DNA of 64,000 bases from contig OX337234.1 of NCBI GenBank assembly GCA_946965045.2, positions 620,001-684,000 on the forward strand, written 5' to 3'. Below, in pieces: positions 28,951 through 41,321 of the stretch. Below the pieces are notes generated by a model. It was not told where the DNA came from and ran no database searches. It saw only the letters and a list, made by a program, of their open reading frames with translations. The position numbers and the translations under genes are program-made. This DNA is from Epithemia pelagica. Its lineage: Eukaryota; Protista; Bacillariophyta. Every line of letters starts with the position of its first letter. Position 1 is the stretch's first letter.

Positions 28951-31900
28951 CTAGGATTCACTGGTACCAGTTGTGGTGGCGATATCTTCGGTCGTGGTCG
29001 TAGCAGCGACATTACTAGCTTCGGTGGTGTCTGAAAATTTACTCACACGCGTGGTCCATCCCGGAACGAACCCATTAGAGCCCTTGTCTGGCCCTTTGGC
29101 CATCATGGATTGTGCCATGATGGTACCTCCCCGATCCTTCTTAACGGTTAAGTTAAGTTTGGGACGCTCTCTTTTGTCAGTGGATGAGAAAGAGGAGGAG
29201 GTTGGTATCGTCGAGCCCAGGTACAGATCGGCCGTGCGACAGACACCAAAGGGTACACCTTGATAGAATACGGCTTCCACTGATTCCCCTTCTTTGAGGA
29301 GAGATAGCTGACATCCAACGACTTCGGACAAACTGATGTTAAAAGTGTTCTCAGGTGTGTGGGATTCTGTACTATCAGAAGACGGCTTTGAGGTTGAAGA
29401 AGGGACTGGGGTGGAGGAAACAAACTGCGCGGTTCCCTGATCCAACGATAACTTGGCCAAACTGCCGCGGACCAGTGTAGCCGCCCCTCGCGTCACAATG
29501 CGCATGTCGCGGATTTCTCCCCCTTCTTTCTTTACCTTGACGAACGACACCATATCGCCTCGCCTTGGGTGATTCGTAGAATCATCGTGTCCTCCACCTC
29601 GCAAAGCGGATGCACCAGTCCCGTGAATCGCAATAGCACCATTCCGGTAATGAAGGTGAAAAGGTAGTTCCTTCGTAAGCAACGAATCCTCATCACTGCT
29701 CTTGTTGCTTGTGAACATCCCAGTGGGATCTGCCGTGAGAAGTACACATCCTTTTTCCGTAATGACTTCCTCCTCAACCGAAGAGTCTCCGCTGTTATCC
29801 CACCGACTGCCATTGCTTTGAGCAGAAGCATTCGAGTTCGAGTGGTGCACTGACTTGGGATGATGACTATTGCTGTTGTTACTTATCGTGCTTCCTGAAG
29901 ACTTCAAATGAGTATGTGTTGGTTGTAACAAGACAATACCAGAGCAGGCGTTCTCGTCTGGTTTGAACGGAATCGTCCCTCTTGGCAAGATTGACACACG
30001 TAGCGCTGTGCGTTTGCCATTCTTTTCGGAAATCTGGAACTTGACTTCATCTCCTTTTCGAACTTTGGTCCCACCTTCAACTGCCGAGAACTGGAAGAAT
30101 AGCGATTCACGTTTAATGGCAGAGTCGTCCAACACCGAGATGAATCCAAATTTACGTGGCACCACCACCTCAGTAACAACTCCGTGAGACTCGTCCGTTC
30201 CTTGGGCCGTTGTTCCGTCAGTGGTGGCTTCCGTTGCCTCGGTTACCTTTCGTTCTACCATTTTCATGTTCGTAATGGTTAGCATCCCTGTTCGTCTCGA
30301 CTGTTTTATGTCCATAACGACCTTGTCTCCTACAGATGGTGGGACATCTTTCTTCAAGTCGTTGGATAGCCCACCCTTGTCGTATCGCAATATTTTGACA
30401 GGCACGATACTCTCTGTTCCTCGTTGTCGACTTTTGGATTTCCGAGTTTGGGGAGTGACTTGTGCCGTTGCGGAATCACCCGACGTTTCTGTGGATGGCC
30501 CATCCTCTTTGTCGTCCACCACAGCTTCACCATTTTTCCCACTTTCACCCTCTTGTGTTGCTTCCGAACGAGGTTCTGGTTGTTGTCGTGGGACTTTGGT
30601 CAAGACGAGTTTCCCTGCCGGTCGGTACAGTTCATTCTCTGCGGCTTCTGCTTCTGTCGCATGTCTCCAAGTCAAGGAACATTTGGGGGAAGATTCTTCT
30701 TTTCCTTCTTCCGTCGTCGCAGTAGTAGTATGATTGTTTCCCATTAATTGATCAATCAGCGAAAAGACAATTCGATCCTCCTTGGAGGTTTGAACATCGT
30801 GAAAGACCAACGGTTCGGTAATGAGATCGTCCTCGAGGTAGTGGCGAATCATTTTGGCCACTAGGGGATGTCGTTCTTCCAATGACATGGGTGGCAATGG
30901 CACTGTCAGTTCCACCGAACCACAAAATGGTTGTTTCGCGTCTTGTTTGGTAATGACACCTTCCACAGTGGTTCCCAAGACCTTGCTTTGCACAATGGTC
31001 CGTGGCGGCAAAAAGAGGATTCGTTGCGCCTTGAGATTTTCTCGTTCTCCCTGGGCCGCGGCAGCCGCCGCACTCCCACCACCTTTTCCACCACGCGATC
31101 GATTGGTGGGTGGTGGCGGTGTCGTACTTCGATGGTGAATCATACCATGAACCGACAAATCAAAGGCCACTTCGGTACCCACTTCCAACTTTAGGGGTCG
31201 CATTTTATTCCGTTCATCGTAGTCGTAACCCAACAGGTTGCGTCGCAAATCGCGTTGAAGGTCGTCGGGCAATACTTGAAACAATTTGAAATGAACATCG
31301 ACCGGTCGTTCGGCATAATGCAAAAAGCCATATGTATCCTTGACGGCATTCACAATGCCTTCGGCCCGCATGGGCAAGGCCAAGGATATCAGACGCACCG
31401 CCTTGTCCAATGGCGCTGCGACATCTTCCTTGGTAGGCGATGCCACGACTGGTTCATTATCTGTGGGCGTACGGGACGCGGTCGGTCCGGCATGACAGGA
31501 TCCATCGACAAAGTCTTGCACCACATCAAACAAGAGTGTGTCGCCCGTTTGGACCCACATACCGACCGAGGTACCTCCCCGAAAGGAAAAGGATCCACCC
31601 GGAGCGTCTTTAATGTTGAGATAAATTTCGGTAATAATTCGTTCGTCTCCCGTGGCATAATCTTCGACTGTCACAGGTGTGTGCAATCGTACCTTCCCAT
31701 GCTGATCCAACAAATGTCCCGAATCGTGCGGCTGAGGAGGATACAACACCACACCTGTGCGACATTTGGCCACAACGTCATGAAATTGTACACTCCCACG
31801 TGGTTGCATTTTGACTTGTCGTGCACTGATGCGACGTTGAGGTCTACTACTAGTGTTGGTGTTCGACTCCTCCACCTGTTTCTTTTCCGATCCCTCCCCA

Positions 31901-33120
31901 CCACTACTGCCAACGGCTGGATTACCACCACCACCTTCCGTGACGACCAGGAACTGCATATCTTGTCCTTCTTGCAATACCAATTCTCCTCCTTTGGTAT
32001 CAATGCTGGAATAATGGAAAAAGACTTCTTCTCGGCGTTTGTTGGATTTCAAAAACCCATATTCTCCCTTGAGACTGGTAATGACACCATGTTCGAGGGT
32101 GGCTTGGGCCAACAATTTTTGTTCGGCTGCCAATCGTTGTCGTTCCTTTTCCGATTGCAACAAGACAATCTGACGAGCATAGGAAAATCCAGTCCGACGA
32201 TCCTTGACAATTTCAAACTCGACCAAATCTCCTCGAAACAAGCGGAGACTCGATCCTCCTCCTCCACGCTGTGAAGAAGAAGAAGAAGTAGCCGCAGAGG
32301 ATGCCTTGTAATCGTCCAATGTGAAATGGACCAATGGGCCATCGGCCGACAAGTTTTTCGTCGAGGCAGCTGGTGGAGGATCGTCTGACGTCGTGTCCTT
32401 TTTGTCATTGGAGGTTGCTTCGTTGGAGGAGGTTCCTTGGTCGGCTGTTTTTTCGGGTTGTTGCTCTTGCAACAAGACTCGTATACTACCATCCGTAATC
32501 GTATTGTGACTGACTCCCGGTCGATTTCGATCATTGTTGTTGGCATTGCTTCCACCTCCCGACGAAGGCGGTGGTGTGGACGATGGTTTTTCCACCAACC
32601 CTTGAACTCGAATGGGTTGTTCCGACGAGGATGGAGGATTGGACCAGTCTTGTGGTGGTGGTTGTTGTTGTTGTTTGTCGTCTCCCGGAACCAGAATTTG
32701 GTCGGCCGAGGTAATGGGCCGCTCCCACACAAGGGTGTCGGTCGGACACGGACTCACATTGTGAGCCGCCAATTTTTGGCTGCTCTTGTTGCTGCTGGGT
32801 CCGACTTGAAATCGTACCGGTTGTTGCAAGGTCAAATCGGCCGCCTCGGTCCGATTCAATTGCGAATAATGAAAAAAGAGTTCTTCCGGTCGATCGGCAC
32901 AATAAATAAAGCCAAAGGATTCTTTCAAACTGCAGACAATGCCTTCTTCCCAGGGCAATGATGATGACGACGACGAGGCACCACCGCCATATCGTCCTCC
33001 TCCTCGATGATGGCCACTGCCGCCGCCACCTCCATATTGATTGTAACGGTTTCCACCTCCACCACCGCCTCCACGGCCACCACGTCCTTCGCTGGGTCCT
33101 CGACGATAATTGGATTGCAT
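28951..33120 (-). CDS. CSDE1: Multi-cold-shock-domain RNA-binding protein, Unr/CSDE1 homologue (~1389 aa)
   Basis: At least four CSDs (GIVCSLKESFGFI...LFFHYS; GVITSLKGEYGFL...VFFHYS; GIVNAVKDTYGFL; GVVTEV...FGFI...LFFQFS), N-terminal RGG, and C-terminal SUZ-C-like AKGPDKGSNGF. Confidence 0.85.
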   Translation of the reverse strand: MQSNYRRGPSEGRGGRGGGGGGGNRYNQYGGGGGSGHHRGGGRYGGGASSSSSSLPWEEGIVCSLKESFGFIYCADRPEELFFHYSQLNRTEAADLTLQQPVRFQVGPSSNKSSQKLAAHNVSPCPTDTLVWERPITSADQILVPGDDKQQQQPPPQDWSNPPSSSEQPIRVQGLVEKPSSTPPPSSGGGSNANNNDRNRPGVSHNTITDGSIRVLLQEQQPEKTADQGTSSNEATSNDKKDTTSDDPPPAASTKNLSADGPLVHFTLDDYKASSAATSSSSSQRGGGGSSLRLFRGDLVEFEIVKDRRTGFSYARQIVLLQSEKERQRLAAEQKLLAQATLEHGVITSLKGEYGFLKSNKRREEVFFHYSSIDTKGGELVLQEGQDMQFLVVTEGGGGNPAVGSSGGEGSEKKQVEESNTNTSSRPQRRISARQVKMQPRGSVQFHDVVAKCRTGVVLYPPQPHDSGHLLDQHGKVRLHTPVTVEDYATGDERIITEIYLNIKDAPGGSFSFRGGTSVGMWVQTGDTLLFDVVQDFVDGSCHAGPTASRTPTDNEPVVASPTKEDVAAPLDKAVRLISLALPMRAEGIVNAVKDTYGFLHYAERPVDVHFKLFQVLPDDLQRDLRRNLLGYDYDERNKMRPLKLEVGTEVAFDLSVHGMIHHRSTTPPPPTNRSRGGKGGGSAAAAAAQGERENLKAQRILFLPPRTIVQSKVLGTTVEGVITKQDAKQPFCGSVELTVPLPPMSLEERHPLVAKMIRHYLEDDLITEPLVFHDVQTSKEDRIVFSLIDQLMGNNHTTTATTEEGKEESSPKCSLTWRHATEAEAAENELYRPAGKLVLTKVPRQQPEPRSEATQEGESGKNGEAVVDDKEDGPSTETSGDSATAQVTPQTRKSKSRQRGTESIVPVKILRYDKGGLSNDLKKDVPPSVGDKVVMDIKQSRRTGMLTITNMKMVERKVTEATEATTDGTTAQGTDESHGVVTEVVVPRKFGFISVLDDSAIKRESLFFQFSAVEGGTKVRKGDEVKFQISEKNGKRTALRVSILPRGTIPFKPDENACSGIVLLQPTHTHLKSSGSTISNNSNSHHPKSVHHSNSNASAQSNGSRWDNSGDSSVEEEVITEKGCVLLTADPTGMFTSNKSSDEDSLLTKELPFHLHYRNGAIAIHGTGASALRGGGHDDSTNHPRRGDMVSFVKVKKEGGEIRDMRIVTRGAATLVRGSLAKLSLDQGTAQFVSSTPVPSSTSKPSSDSTESHTPENTFNISLSEVVGCQLSLLKEGESVEAVFYQGVPFGVCRTADLYLGSTIPTSSSFSSTDKRERPKLNLTVKKDRGGTIMAQSMMAKGPDKGSNGFVPGWTTRVSKFSDTTEASNVAATTTTEDIATTTGTSES

Positions 33121-33982
33121 CGTAAAAGACACAAAGCTGGTTTCCAAAAAGGGATGGTTGGAAACAAGTCCTTGATGAAATGTTGTTTTAAAGACAGTAA
33201 TTAGTCGTTCGTTGTGCGTTTTCGAACTCTTTTCAACAACACCAACAGCTCTTTTCAATCACTGAATCGTTTGATATGTAGCTGTCTTTGTTTCCCAGAC
33301 ACACCGAGACAACAATCGCCACAAAAGGAAAGGCTCTTCTTGTTCTCTCGCTTCACCCCTTTTGTTTCCTGGACACTCGTTCCTCGTCGTCTTGTGTCCC
33401 AGACACCCACAACACGTCTCGTCGTCCAGAAGAACAAACACACAAAAGGTGGTGCTTCTCTCCTCTTCTGTAGAGTGTCTGTTGGACAAAAGAGAGAGAT
33501 GAATCTTCCTTCTTCCTCTTTTGTGGGTGCAGGGTACAGGTGTGTGTGTCTCCGTGCTCCGTGGCGACTCGGGTTTCAACGGACGTCGGGCAGACTCCAA
33601 AAGCGATCTATACACGACCTATACTAAGGTCGGCTAGCAAGAATCGAAGAATCGTCTTCTTGCGTTGGCATAATATATTGGAAACAATCATTCGTTTCTC
33701 GACACACCACAACTCGTTTGCCAACCCCTACTCTAGGTGGTTCTTAATAGAATCTATAATATATACTCTCTCATTCCGCGATGCACATCACCGACACAGT
33801 GCCTTGCCCAGTGTTCTCCATGAGAAAGAGATTTGCCGTGTCACACACATCTACGAGCGGAAGCAGTCGTTTGCCGTTGTCGAATGATGGGTCCCTCCAC
33901 AATGGGAGTGTGTTTGTCGTTTTCAGTAGGGGTTAGTGTCGTGCCATGGTAGTATATTGTAGTAGTAGTAGTAGTAGTCTTG

Positions 33983-35317
33983 TTATTGGGACAAGGCGGC
34001 CGCGGCAGTCGGGGGCCACTCGGTCCGCCATTCCACGGCATTGGTCGTCAGCGTCGGGTCCTTGGCAAACCAGGACGCGGCCCACCCACTGGCCCCCAAC
34101 CATACGACATGATCGGGTTGGACGGGACACGTGACCAATCCGACGTGTGCGTGCAAATCTCCGGCCCACGAGGACACGGAAAGGGGAATCATGGTACTAG
34201 AGGATAATGACAATGGTTGTTGCGTCGTGTCCTCGGTATTTGCAGCTGGATCCTCCTCCTCGGTGGTCTCGGTAGTCGTGGTGGTGGTTTGTGGGGTGCG
34301 TCTTGTGGACTTGCTGCTGGTGGCGGCGGCTTGCGCCAAGACGGCCTGCAACTGTCGTGCCACCAATAGGGGTATGTGGGGTTGCGTCAACAAGCCAGTT
34401 CCGGCAAACACGAGATTTTGCACGACCGATTTGCGATCCATGCGGGGACAGGCCTTCAAGGCCTTGAGCATGGCCACGAGCAAGGAATTGGGATGGGTAT
34501 CGTCCAGATAGAGAGCGTGGTCCAAGGACGACGACGACGCTTGTGGCGTCGCCGCAAATTCGGCTCGCGTCTCTGCCAAGGAGACGGATTGGTAGGTGAA
34601 CCGCAAGGTTTCTCCCGCCGCATGAACGACCACCGAGGCTTGATCCAATCCCACGTGAACGACCAAGAGATGGGACAGCATGGGGAAACTGGAGGGAATC
34701 ATGGACCAGGCGGCACCTTGCAAGGACACGGCTGGAACCTGCAAGGTTTGAATCAACACGGCCAACAAGGCGTGTTCCACGACCCGCGGCATGGTCGTTT
34801 CCTCCCACTCCCGATAGAGAACGACAACCTTGCGATCGCCACGCGTCGTCGTCGTACTGGCTGCCACCAACAAGCCCAGCCGTTGATAGGCATATTGGAG
34901 GAGGGGAGCCAAATACCGATACCAGACGGCCGCCGAATCACGCAACGGACACGGCTCGCCCCGATTCTGAGAAGATGTGGTGGTGGTGGTGGTGGTGGAC
35001 GAATCGTGTAGAGTTGTAGTGGATGTGGCAGCAGCAAACAAGCACAGGGGAATGATATCCTTGGGCAACGCATCGCCGGCAAAGCCACACCGCAAGGTGG
35101 TTTCGGTAAATTGCAACAAGACGGGTGGTCGTTGAGTCTTGTTATTGGCCAAAGATGACGAACCGCCCAACGACGAGGACGGCCGTGAGGACGACGACGA
35201 CAACAATGCACGACGTTGCGACAAGGTCAAGGACGACGTTGATCCGGCCGAGGACGACGTTGCGGACGTGGACACGGATGTTCGGCCACTCGTGGCGCTA
35301 ATCGCTTGTGTCGACAT
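33983..35317 (-). CDS. Divergent actin-related protein (Arp10-like)
   Basis: Actin-fold motifs LRCGFAGDALP, KVVVL, LQVPAV, LKACP..RKSVVQNLVFAG, VWLGAS. Confidence 0.7.
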   Translation of the reverse strand: MSTQAISATSGRTSVSTSATSSSAGSTSSLTLSQRRALLSSSSSRPSSSLGGSSSLANNKTQRPPVLLQFTETTLRCGFAGDALPKDIIPLCLFAAATSTTTLHDSSTTTTTTTSSQNRGEPCPLRDSAAVWYRYLAPLLQYAYQRLGLLVAASTTTTRGDRKVVVLYREWEETTMPRVVEHALLAVLIQTLQVPAVSLQGAAWSMIPSSFPMLSHLLVVHVGLDQASVVVHAAGETLRFTYQSVSLAETRAEFAATPQASSSSLDHALYLDDTHPNSLLVAMLKALKACPRMDRKSVVQNLVFAGTGLLTQPHIPLLVARQLQAVLAQAAATSSKSTRRTPQTTTTTTETTEEEDPAANTEDTTQQPLSLSSSTMIPLSVSSWAGDLHAHVGLVTCPVQPDHVVWLGASGWAASWFAKDPTLTTNAVEWRTEWPPTAAAALSQ

Positions 35318-36972
35318 GATTGTTTCTACGTTTGTTGTTTGTTGGGAGTGGGTGTCGGTTTGTATCAGACAAAAGTCTACTTCTAGAATCTTGGGTGAAC
35401 TCTTCTGGCGATTTGACACTTTGTTGTGGTCTCCGCCATGGTGCGGAGGCGGAGATCTGTTTTGGATCTCTACTGACACTTCGAAACCGACAAAATCTAC
35501 AGACAACAGACAGATTGGGGCACGAACAGACGGCGAAAGCGCAATCGCTAAGCAGAGTAGGCAAGGTAGCTGGAGGAATACGGTTGGTGATGTTTGTACG
35601 CACGGCGCTTGCTCTAGCTAGCTAGTAGCGAGATGGACAGGAATGCCACATCATGGCGCGTTCGATCCAATGTCCATAAGTTGGTAGATCACTTCTTAAT
35701 GGTCGTTCTCATCCCATTTCTATCCACAGAGGTGGTGGAGGAGGAGGACTGGAGCGGGAGTGGCTTGTATTTGGCATTCACGCCCCTGATTTGGAATGAT
35801 TTTATGTTGCGGCCGTCTCCACATGACAACAAGTACATGCATGTGCCTAGGTAGGTAGATGGGGACGACCCATTCATCTAGGTAGTCCCATTTCAATGAA
35901 ACGACACTACAGGTTCTCGAAAGGGGAGACTGCGAATGGCAACAGAAGGAAGCAGGACAATTCTCTCGAGCGCAGCAAAAAAAGCCTTCTCGGCCAGAGC
36001 TCATCATGGCCCCTCCACGAGGAGAACGAGCACGCAGCAGTCCCAGTGGACCGAATGAGAGGGTCCGTGTAGGTAGTTGTTGCACCCAGTGTAGTGGACC
36101 CATGACACGAACGAGGAGGCCATAACAGTATTTTAGGTAGTAGATCTGTCTTGGTCCATGCCATCCGGGGCGTGGTGAATCTTGGTATAGTGCTTCAGTG
36201 TCTTGACTTTTTGGATGCCTGGGCATGGGCGCACCACGAGCACACGCAAAACCGAGACTGTGCATTTGCACAACCAGGCAACAGGCTTTTGCAAAACGAC
36301 TTGATCAAGTCATTGGAATTGCATAGACAGTGAACATGACACACACCTCGAAAACCAGGCCATATTGTGTTGCATGTTCCATGCTTATTCTTGAGATGCC
36401 AATGCCATCACCAGCAATGACAAGAATGACGTAACCTCACGCCATTTTGGTAAGGAGTACCCATGGTTGACGAATATGTTGAAGATGGAACTGCACCTCG
36501 GCAGTCGTGGTCGGGGTCACCGACAGTCACACGGTGGGTCATTCTTGGAGTGTGCAGAGCGTGTGGCGGAGTAAAGTACTTAGACGTGGTGGGGTGTCCG
36601 CGAGCATGGGGTGCACGGAGAAAGCGACCAATTTTGGTCGCCGAAAGACTATCGAGCGTGAAACTCTCGACATATTCATTATTAGTGAAATGGCAAGTGT
36701 CACTAATCTCACTGAGGTGTAACTTTCGAAGCACGGGAGTCCACCCTCCCCCCCAGTTTTCGACACGCGACTTGACACAAATCCAGACGCGCGACAAACA
36801 CGAACACTTTGCAACAAGCTCACACAAACAGATTCGGGTTGGTGACCTGGACCCAATCAGAACAGATTCGTTGATCTCTATTCCATATTCCAAATCACCA
36901 TAAAAGCTCATTGACATCATTTCATAAAACGCAAACGAAGCAAAAGTTAACACCAACCAAACGAGAGCAATC

Positions 36973-37584
36973 ATGGCCCGAACACTTACCCGTACTTACC
37001 ACCGCATTGCCACCAACACTCACAACAAAAAGGCCGAGACGAACAAGGACGTACCAACCGCCACCGCCACCAAGACGAATGTAGCTGTCGGAAGCAAACG
37101 TCGACTCCCCAACAACAAGGAGGACTCCAAGAACAGCAGCAACGGTCCCCACCCTCTTCTCTTGGCCATGAACTCAATTGCAGCGGGACGACATCGCCGT
37201 GCGACCAGCAGCAAACTCTTTGTGCGACGAGTCGTTCGAATTGTCGACGCGAATGAAGAAGAATCCAGTAGCAGTCACACCTATCCGGAATCCCCTGCCT
37301 CGTCCCTCGATTCCACTCGCGTTCACCAAAACAACGACAAGGTGTATTTGGAAGAACCCGCCGAGGACTTGGAAAGCGACCACAACAACAACGCCATTCT
37401 CAAGTTGTCGTATCAACGACAAGTCCAACAAGATTTGGCAGCCGCCGCCGCCTCAATGGCACGGTCCTCCTCTGCACCAAACGTGTTGGAGCCCGAAGAT
37501 GAGGTGCGCTCGGCCATGTACAAGATGCAAATGCAAGAAGACTTGAGACGTGCTACCATGCAACTTTCGGCGGTCCAAGGCTGA
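36973..37584 (+). CDS. Hypothetical low-complexity protein (203 aa)
   Basis: ATG-initiated ORF with host-like codon use; no family recognised. Confidence 0.5.
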   Translation: MARTLTRTYHRIATNTHNKKAETNKDVPTATATKTNVAVGSKRRLPNNKEDSKNSSNGPHPLLLAMNSIAAGRHRRATSSKLFVRRVVRIVDANEEESSSSHTYPESPASSLDSTRVHQNNDKVYLEEPAEDLESDHNNNAILKLSYQRQVQQDLAAAAASMARSSSAPNVLEPEDEVRSAMYKMQMQEDLRRATMQLSAVQG

Positions 37585-37752
37585 TCCACAAACAGTTTCA
37601 AAAGACAAAGATGTGAATGCAATGAATAGAGACTACGGGGCATGCCTAACGGATATTTACAGCATAGAACGTTCAACAATAAGTTTAGCAAATTGATGCC
37701 TTGACATACTACGAATATGCAGTAAACCAAATGAAAGAGAGTCACCTTCGCA

Positions 37753-38587
37753 TTACATCATCAAGTAGTTACGGTGTGATTCCGGAGAATCCACTAGTCG
37801 CTTCATGTGTTGGACTTCGGGACTTTCCTCATCGTTGGTAAATGCCACGATTGCCTCGTACGCGAGTCGAATGTATCGTTTGGCCTCTTTCAATGGCCTA
37901 TTCGGAAGTAGACTCGACGCACAGGGGACAGGTACAGGCAAACTGGTACGAGACACGCAGGTTCCAGGCCCGTTGTTCCGCGGTGGCCTTTTCACCGGTG
38001 TAGCAAAAGGTGATTTCCTCACCCTTGGCAATGGACCGTGTTGCTACCAACAACTTGACCTTCCGGTTCGGCAGATAATAGTGGCAGGAATTTCCAATAC
38101 AATCATGATTGACTTTGGACATGATCAAAAAGAGTCCTCGCTCCCCATTGTCTCCACAGGACATGTCGTTTCGCTCAGCCTTTTCATACAGGGTTCCATC
38201 GTGCGGTAACAGCTGACGGACCCTTTCACGAGCGGCATTGGTCGGCAAGGCGGCCATGGCACAACTCTCGGGTGTCGGGTAGGGTTTTTGGAGAATGGGT
38301 CGTTCCACCAGAATCTTTTCATTTTTGAAAAAGTCACGCAACGCAAAGACGCCGTAGCCTTTGTCACCTGCCTCTCGGATCTCAAAATCAATGCCCTCCT
38401 GCCCGGCCTTGCCACAATAAATCTTGTGACCCAGTTTCCAATCGAGTTTCTGACAGTCTCGAGAACAGAACACCCGGGTCTTGCACTGACCACATTTCGG
38501 AAAGACAGTCTTGACGTTGCTGTTACTACTGCTGCTGCTGCTTGCCTCTTTGTAGCAGTACGCACAATAGCATGACGCGGTGGTCAT
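37753..38587 (-). pseudogene. MYND-SET domain methyltransferase, apparently internally deleted and frameshifted
   Basis: MYND CxxC...CxxC...CSRDCQ..DW..H...C; SET KGYG, SKVNHDC, GEEITFCY; post-SET FACTCPLC. A stop follows, and a plausible C-terminus (AKRYIRLAYE...HRNYL) lies in another frame. Confidence 0.7.
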
Positions 38588-39216
38588 GATATGAGATAGA
38601 GAGTGATGATCCTTGTTTGGTTCTTCCACAGGCGTGATTCTCGTTTTGTCTTCTCTCTTGTGTGGTGAGATTTTGCGGTGATCCCAATTTGGTCCACACA
38701 AAACATGCAGCACCGCGCCGGACGAGTCGAGCGTCGCTACTCGTCGATGTAGACGAAAGACCACCATTCCAGCCAAGAATCCTCCAGCCTTTGGGGAGTT
38801 GTTGATGCAACGATGTTAAGGGCTTCTGTGTAATTTAGTATTGATACGCGTTGCTCAGGCTGCCTGCTATTCTGTTTTGCTCTAGAGGTACACTTGTAGC
38901 AGTAACGTGACACGCACTAGGTAGAACTCCGCGCACTACCTAGTCCATCTTTGCCCCTGGCCTCATTTGGACGACAAAACTCATTCTCTCGTCGCCATTT
39001 GTACCGAAACTTGTCGTTTCGTTATGTGTGGCTGGTTCTCTCCATGGCCGCCGACAATCTCCTACACAACTCTCATCCTTACGGTTCCAAACACTCACGC
39101 TACATGGCAAAGAAAAGGGTGACGGTCCATTCGCATTGTCTTGTTCTCCTTGTCCACATTGTACCGACCATTTTCCAAGTCCACCGCACTGAAACGACGA
39201 CGACATCAATTCGATT

Positions 39217-41321
39217 TTAAATGACGGGCCGGGTCGGCAACAAGGTTTCATTGTAGGATGGATTGGAAATCATGGGAATATGGTTGTTGGAGTGTCGTCC
39301 ATGGGCCGTCGTCGCCGCCACAGCTCCATTGCTATCCATACCGGTTGTGGAATCGACACTGTGGGCGGGCAAAATCACGTGGGGTGGATGCACAAATTGC
39401 GGTGGATAGGGCGGCGGTGGTGGCGGCATGCGCAAGGGTGGTCGCCGTTGTCGTCCCAGGACGGGCAGCATGCCATGCGGAATGGGCACGACTTGTCCAT
39501 TGGGCAAGGTTTTGAAATACTGATACATGCGTTGGGGTGCCGCTGCGGCAGCAGCAGCCTGTTGTTTGCCTTGTTGTTCTTCCAATCGTTTGCGACGCAA
39601 ATGATTCATCCACAACATGAGAGCAAACGTTAACAGCAAACCAGAAACGGCCATACCAAGGGCCGTCATGCCATACCACGTTTTGGTCGAATGGTCGTTA
39701 TTCCAAGCCGCTGCACCCGTCGAAGCACACCCCACAATGGATTTTTGCGCATTGGCAAACACAAACCGAATATCCGGTGTATAATGCATCGAAGCATCTT
39801 CTACGGACAAGGTAGCATCGTCATTGTCGTCATCACTCCGTGGACTGGTATAGCCCGATCCAGTCGTCCCTTCCGTGTAGCTAGGGACTTGAAAATAGAT
39901 TTGCATATAATACTTGCCCGGTGTCGGACAGGTCGTTGAGGAGCCCGTCGTGGCCGAAGTGATATCCATTTCACACAGGTGGTAGTCATGATAGAGCGTG
40001 ACAAAGCGATTGAAAAAACCCGATTGCATGGTGACATAGAGAAGCTCATTGGCATAATTGATTGTATCACTCGTCTCTCGAATCGTCACTGGAATGTACG
40101 CCGCATCGAAACGAATTGAAACCAGACAATCAAACATACGTGAGCATTTCCACCAAACAATCCAGCCGGTGATGCAAACGCCAAATCCAAGAAAACAATC
40201 ACACAAACAAACACAATCACACACACATGTGAGAATTTCAACCGCACGCACACACAGAAATGTATAGATCCAGTCCAATACGAATACCATCCTCCCATTT
40301 ACACACACGTACAGGCCAAATTGACTTGCGCCTTGTCTCCGGCGGTGCAGACATTGGAATTGCGATGCGTCGAACTGCCCGGATAATAGGCACCGGGACT
40401 GTCGCAAGTTAAATAAATCGAGGTGACTTCCAATTCCACTCCAGCCAATGGATTGACCGTACTCCCTGTATTCCCACACACGGGTTGAACATTCAAAAAG
40501 GCCTTGGGGTTAATGGTACTGGTAAAAAAGGTGGAGGTCGTGGCCGATTCAAAATCGGCTTGGTCCATGCCCATATTGTTATTGTTGAGATCATTGTTGT
40601 TGTTGTTATTATTGTTTGGATCGTTGTTGTTGTTGTTGCCATCGGGATCATCATTGTTGTTGTTGTTGTCCTGGTTGTTTTCGCCGTTGTGATTGTCCTT
40701 GTTGTTGTTATTATTATTATTATTATTGTTGTTGTAATTGGTGTTGTAGCTGTTGTAATTGGTGTTGTACTTGTAATAATTTCCGCTATAGGCGAGCGTG
40801 GGCTCGAACCGGAAGAATGCCAGCATGGTCATGATCCAGCAGCCAATGGCTCTAGATCCATTGGTCGTCCTAGTTTTGGAAGTAGTTTGCGTTTGTCGTC
40901 TCGAGAAATGCTTGTCATGATAGAGGAATTGGTGTGTCAAAGGACCTGTGTCATAGCGTGGTTCTTCCAGACCAGTGTTGTTGATTGAATGGTTTTCTTC
41001 GGAGGAAACGGAAGAAGATGGTGGTAGCCACGGCAGCACGAACGAGCAAGGTGGTTCGAGAACGTTTCTTCCTTGTTGTTGTTGTTGCTGCTGTTGCCAA
41101 GGTCGTTTCTTGCCGCTTCGCAAGGGAACCAGCAAACTACAAGATGAGGAGGAGGAGGACAACTGTCGTTGTGGAGATGCCAAAGGAGAGGAACTCAATC
41201 GAGCAGCAGCAGGACGAGGATCATCCTCGGGACATTCGGATGATGATATTCGTTGCTTCCTCCACACCAGTCGTTCTTCCTCCGGCGATGGAAACGGTGG
41301 TGTTGTTCGTTTCATAGTCAT
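39217..41321 (-). CDS. Single-pass membrane protein with poly-Asn tract; two exons (intron 40089-40312)
   Basis: A GT..CAG intron joins the two long ORFs in frame (VNLA-L-TIRE). Cys-containing ectodomain, TM segment, Pro-rich tail. The signal-peptide start may be 40832. Confidence 0.65.
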
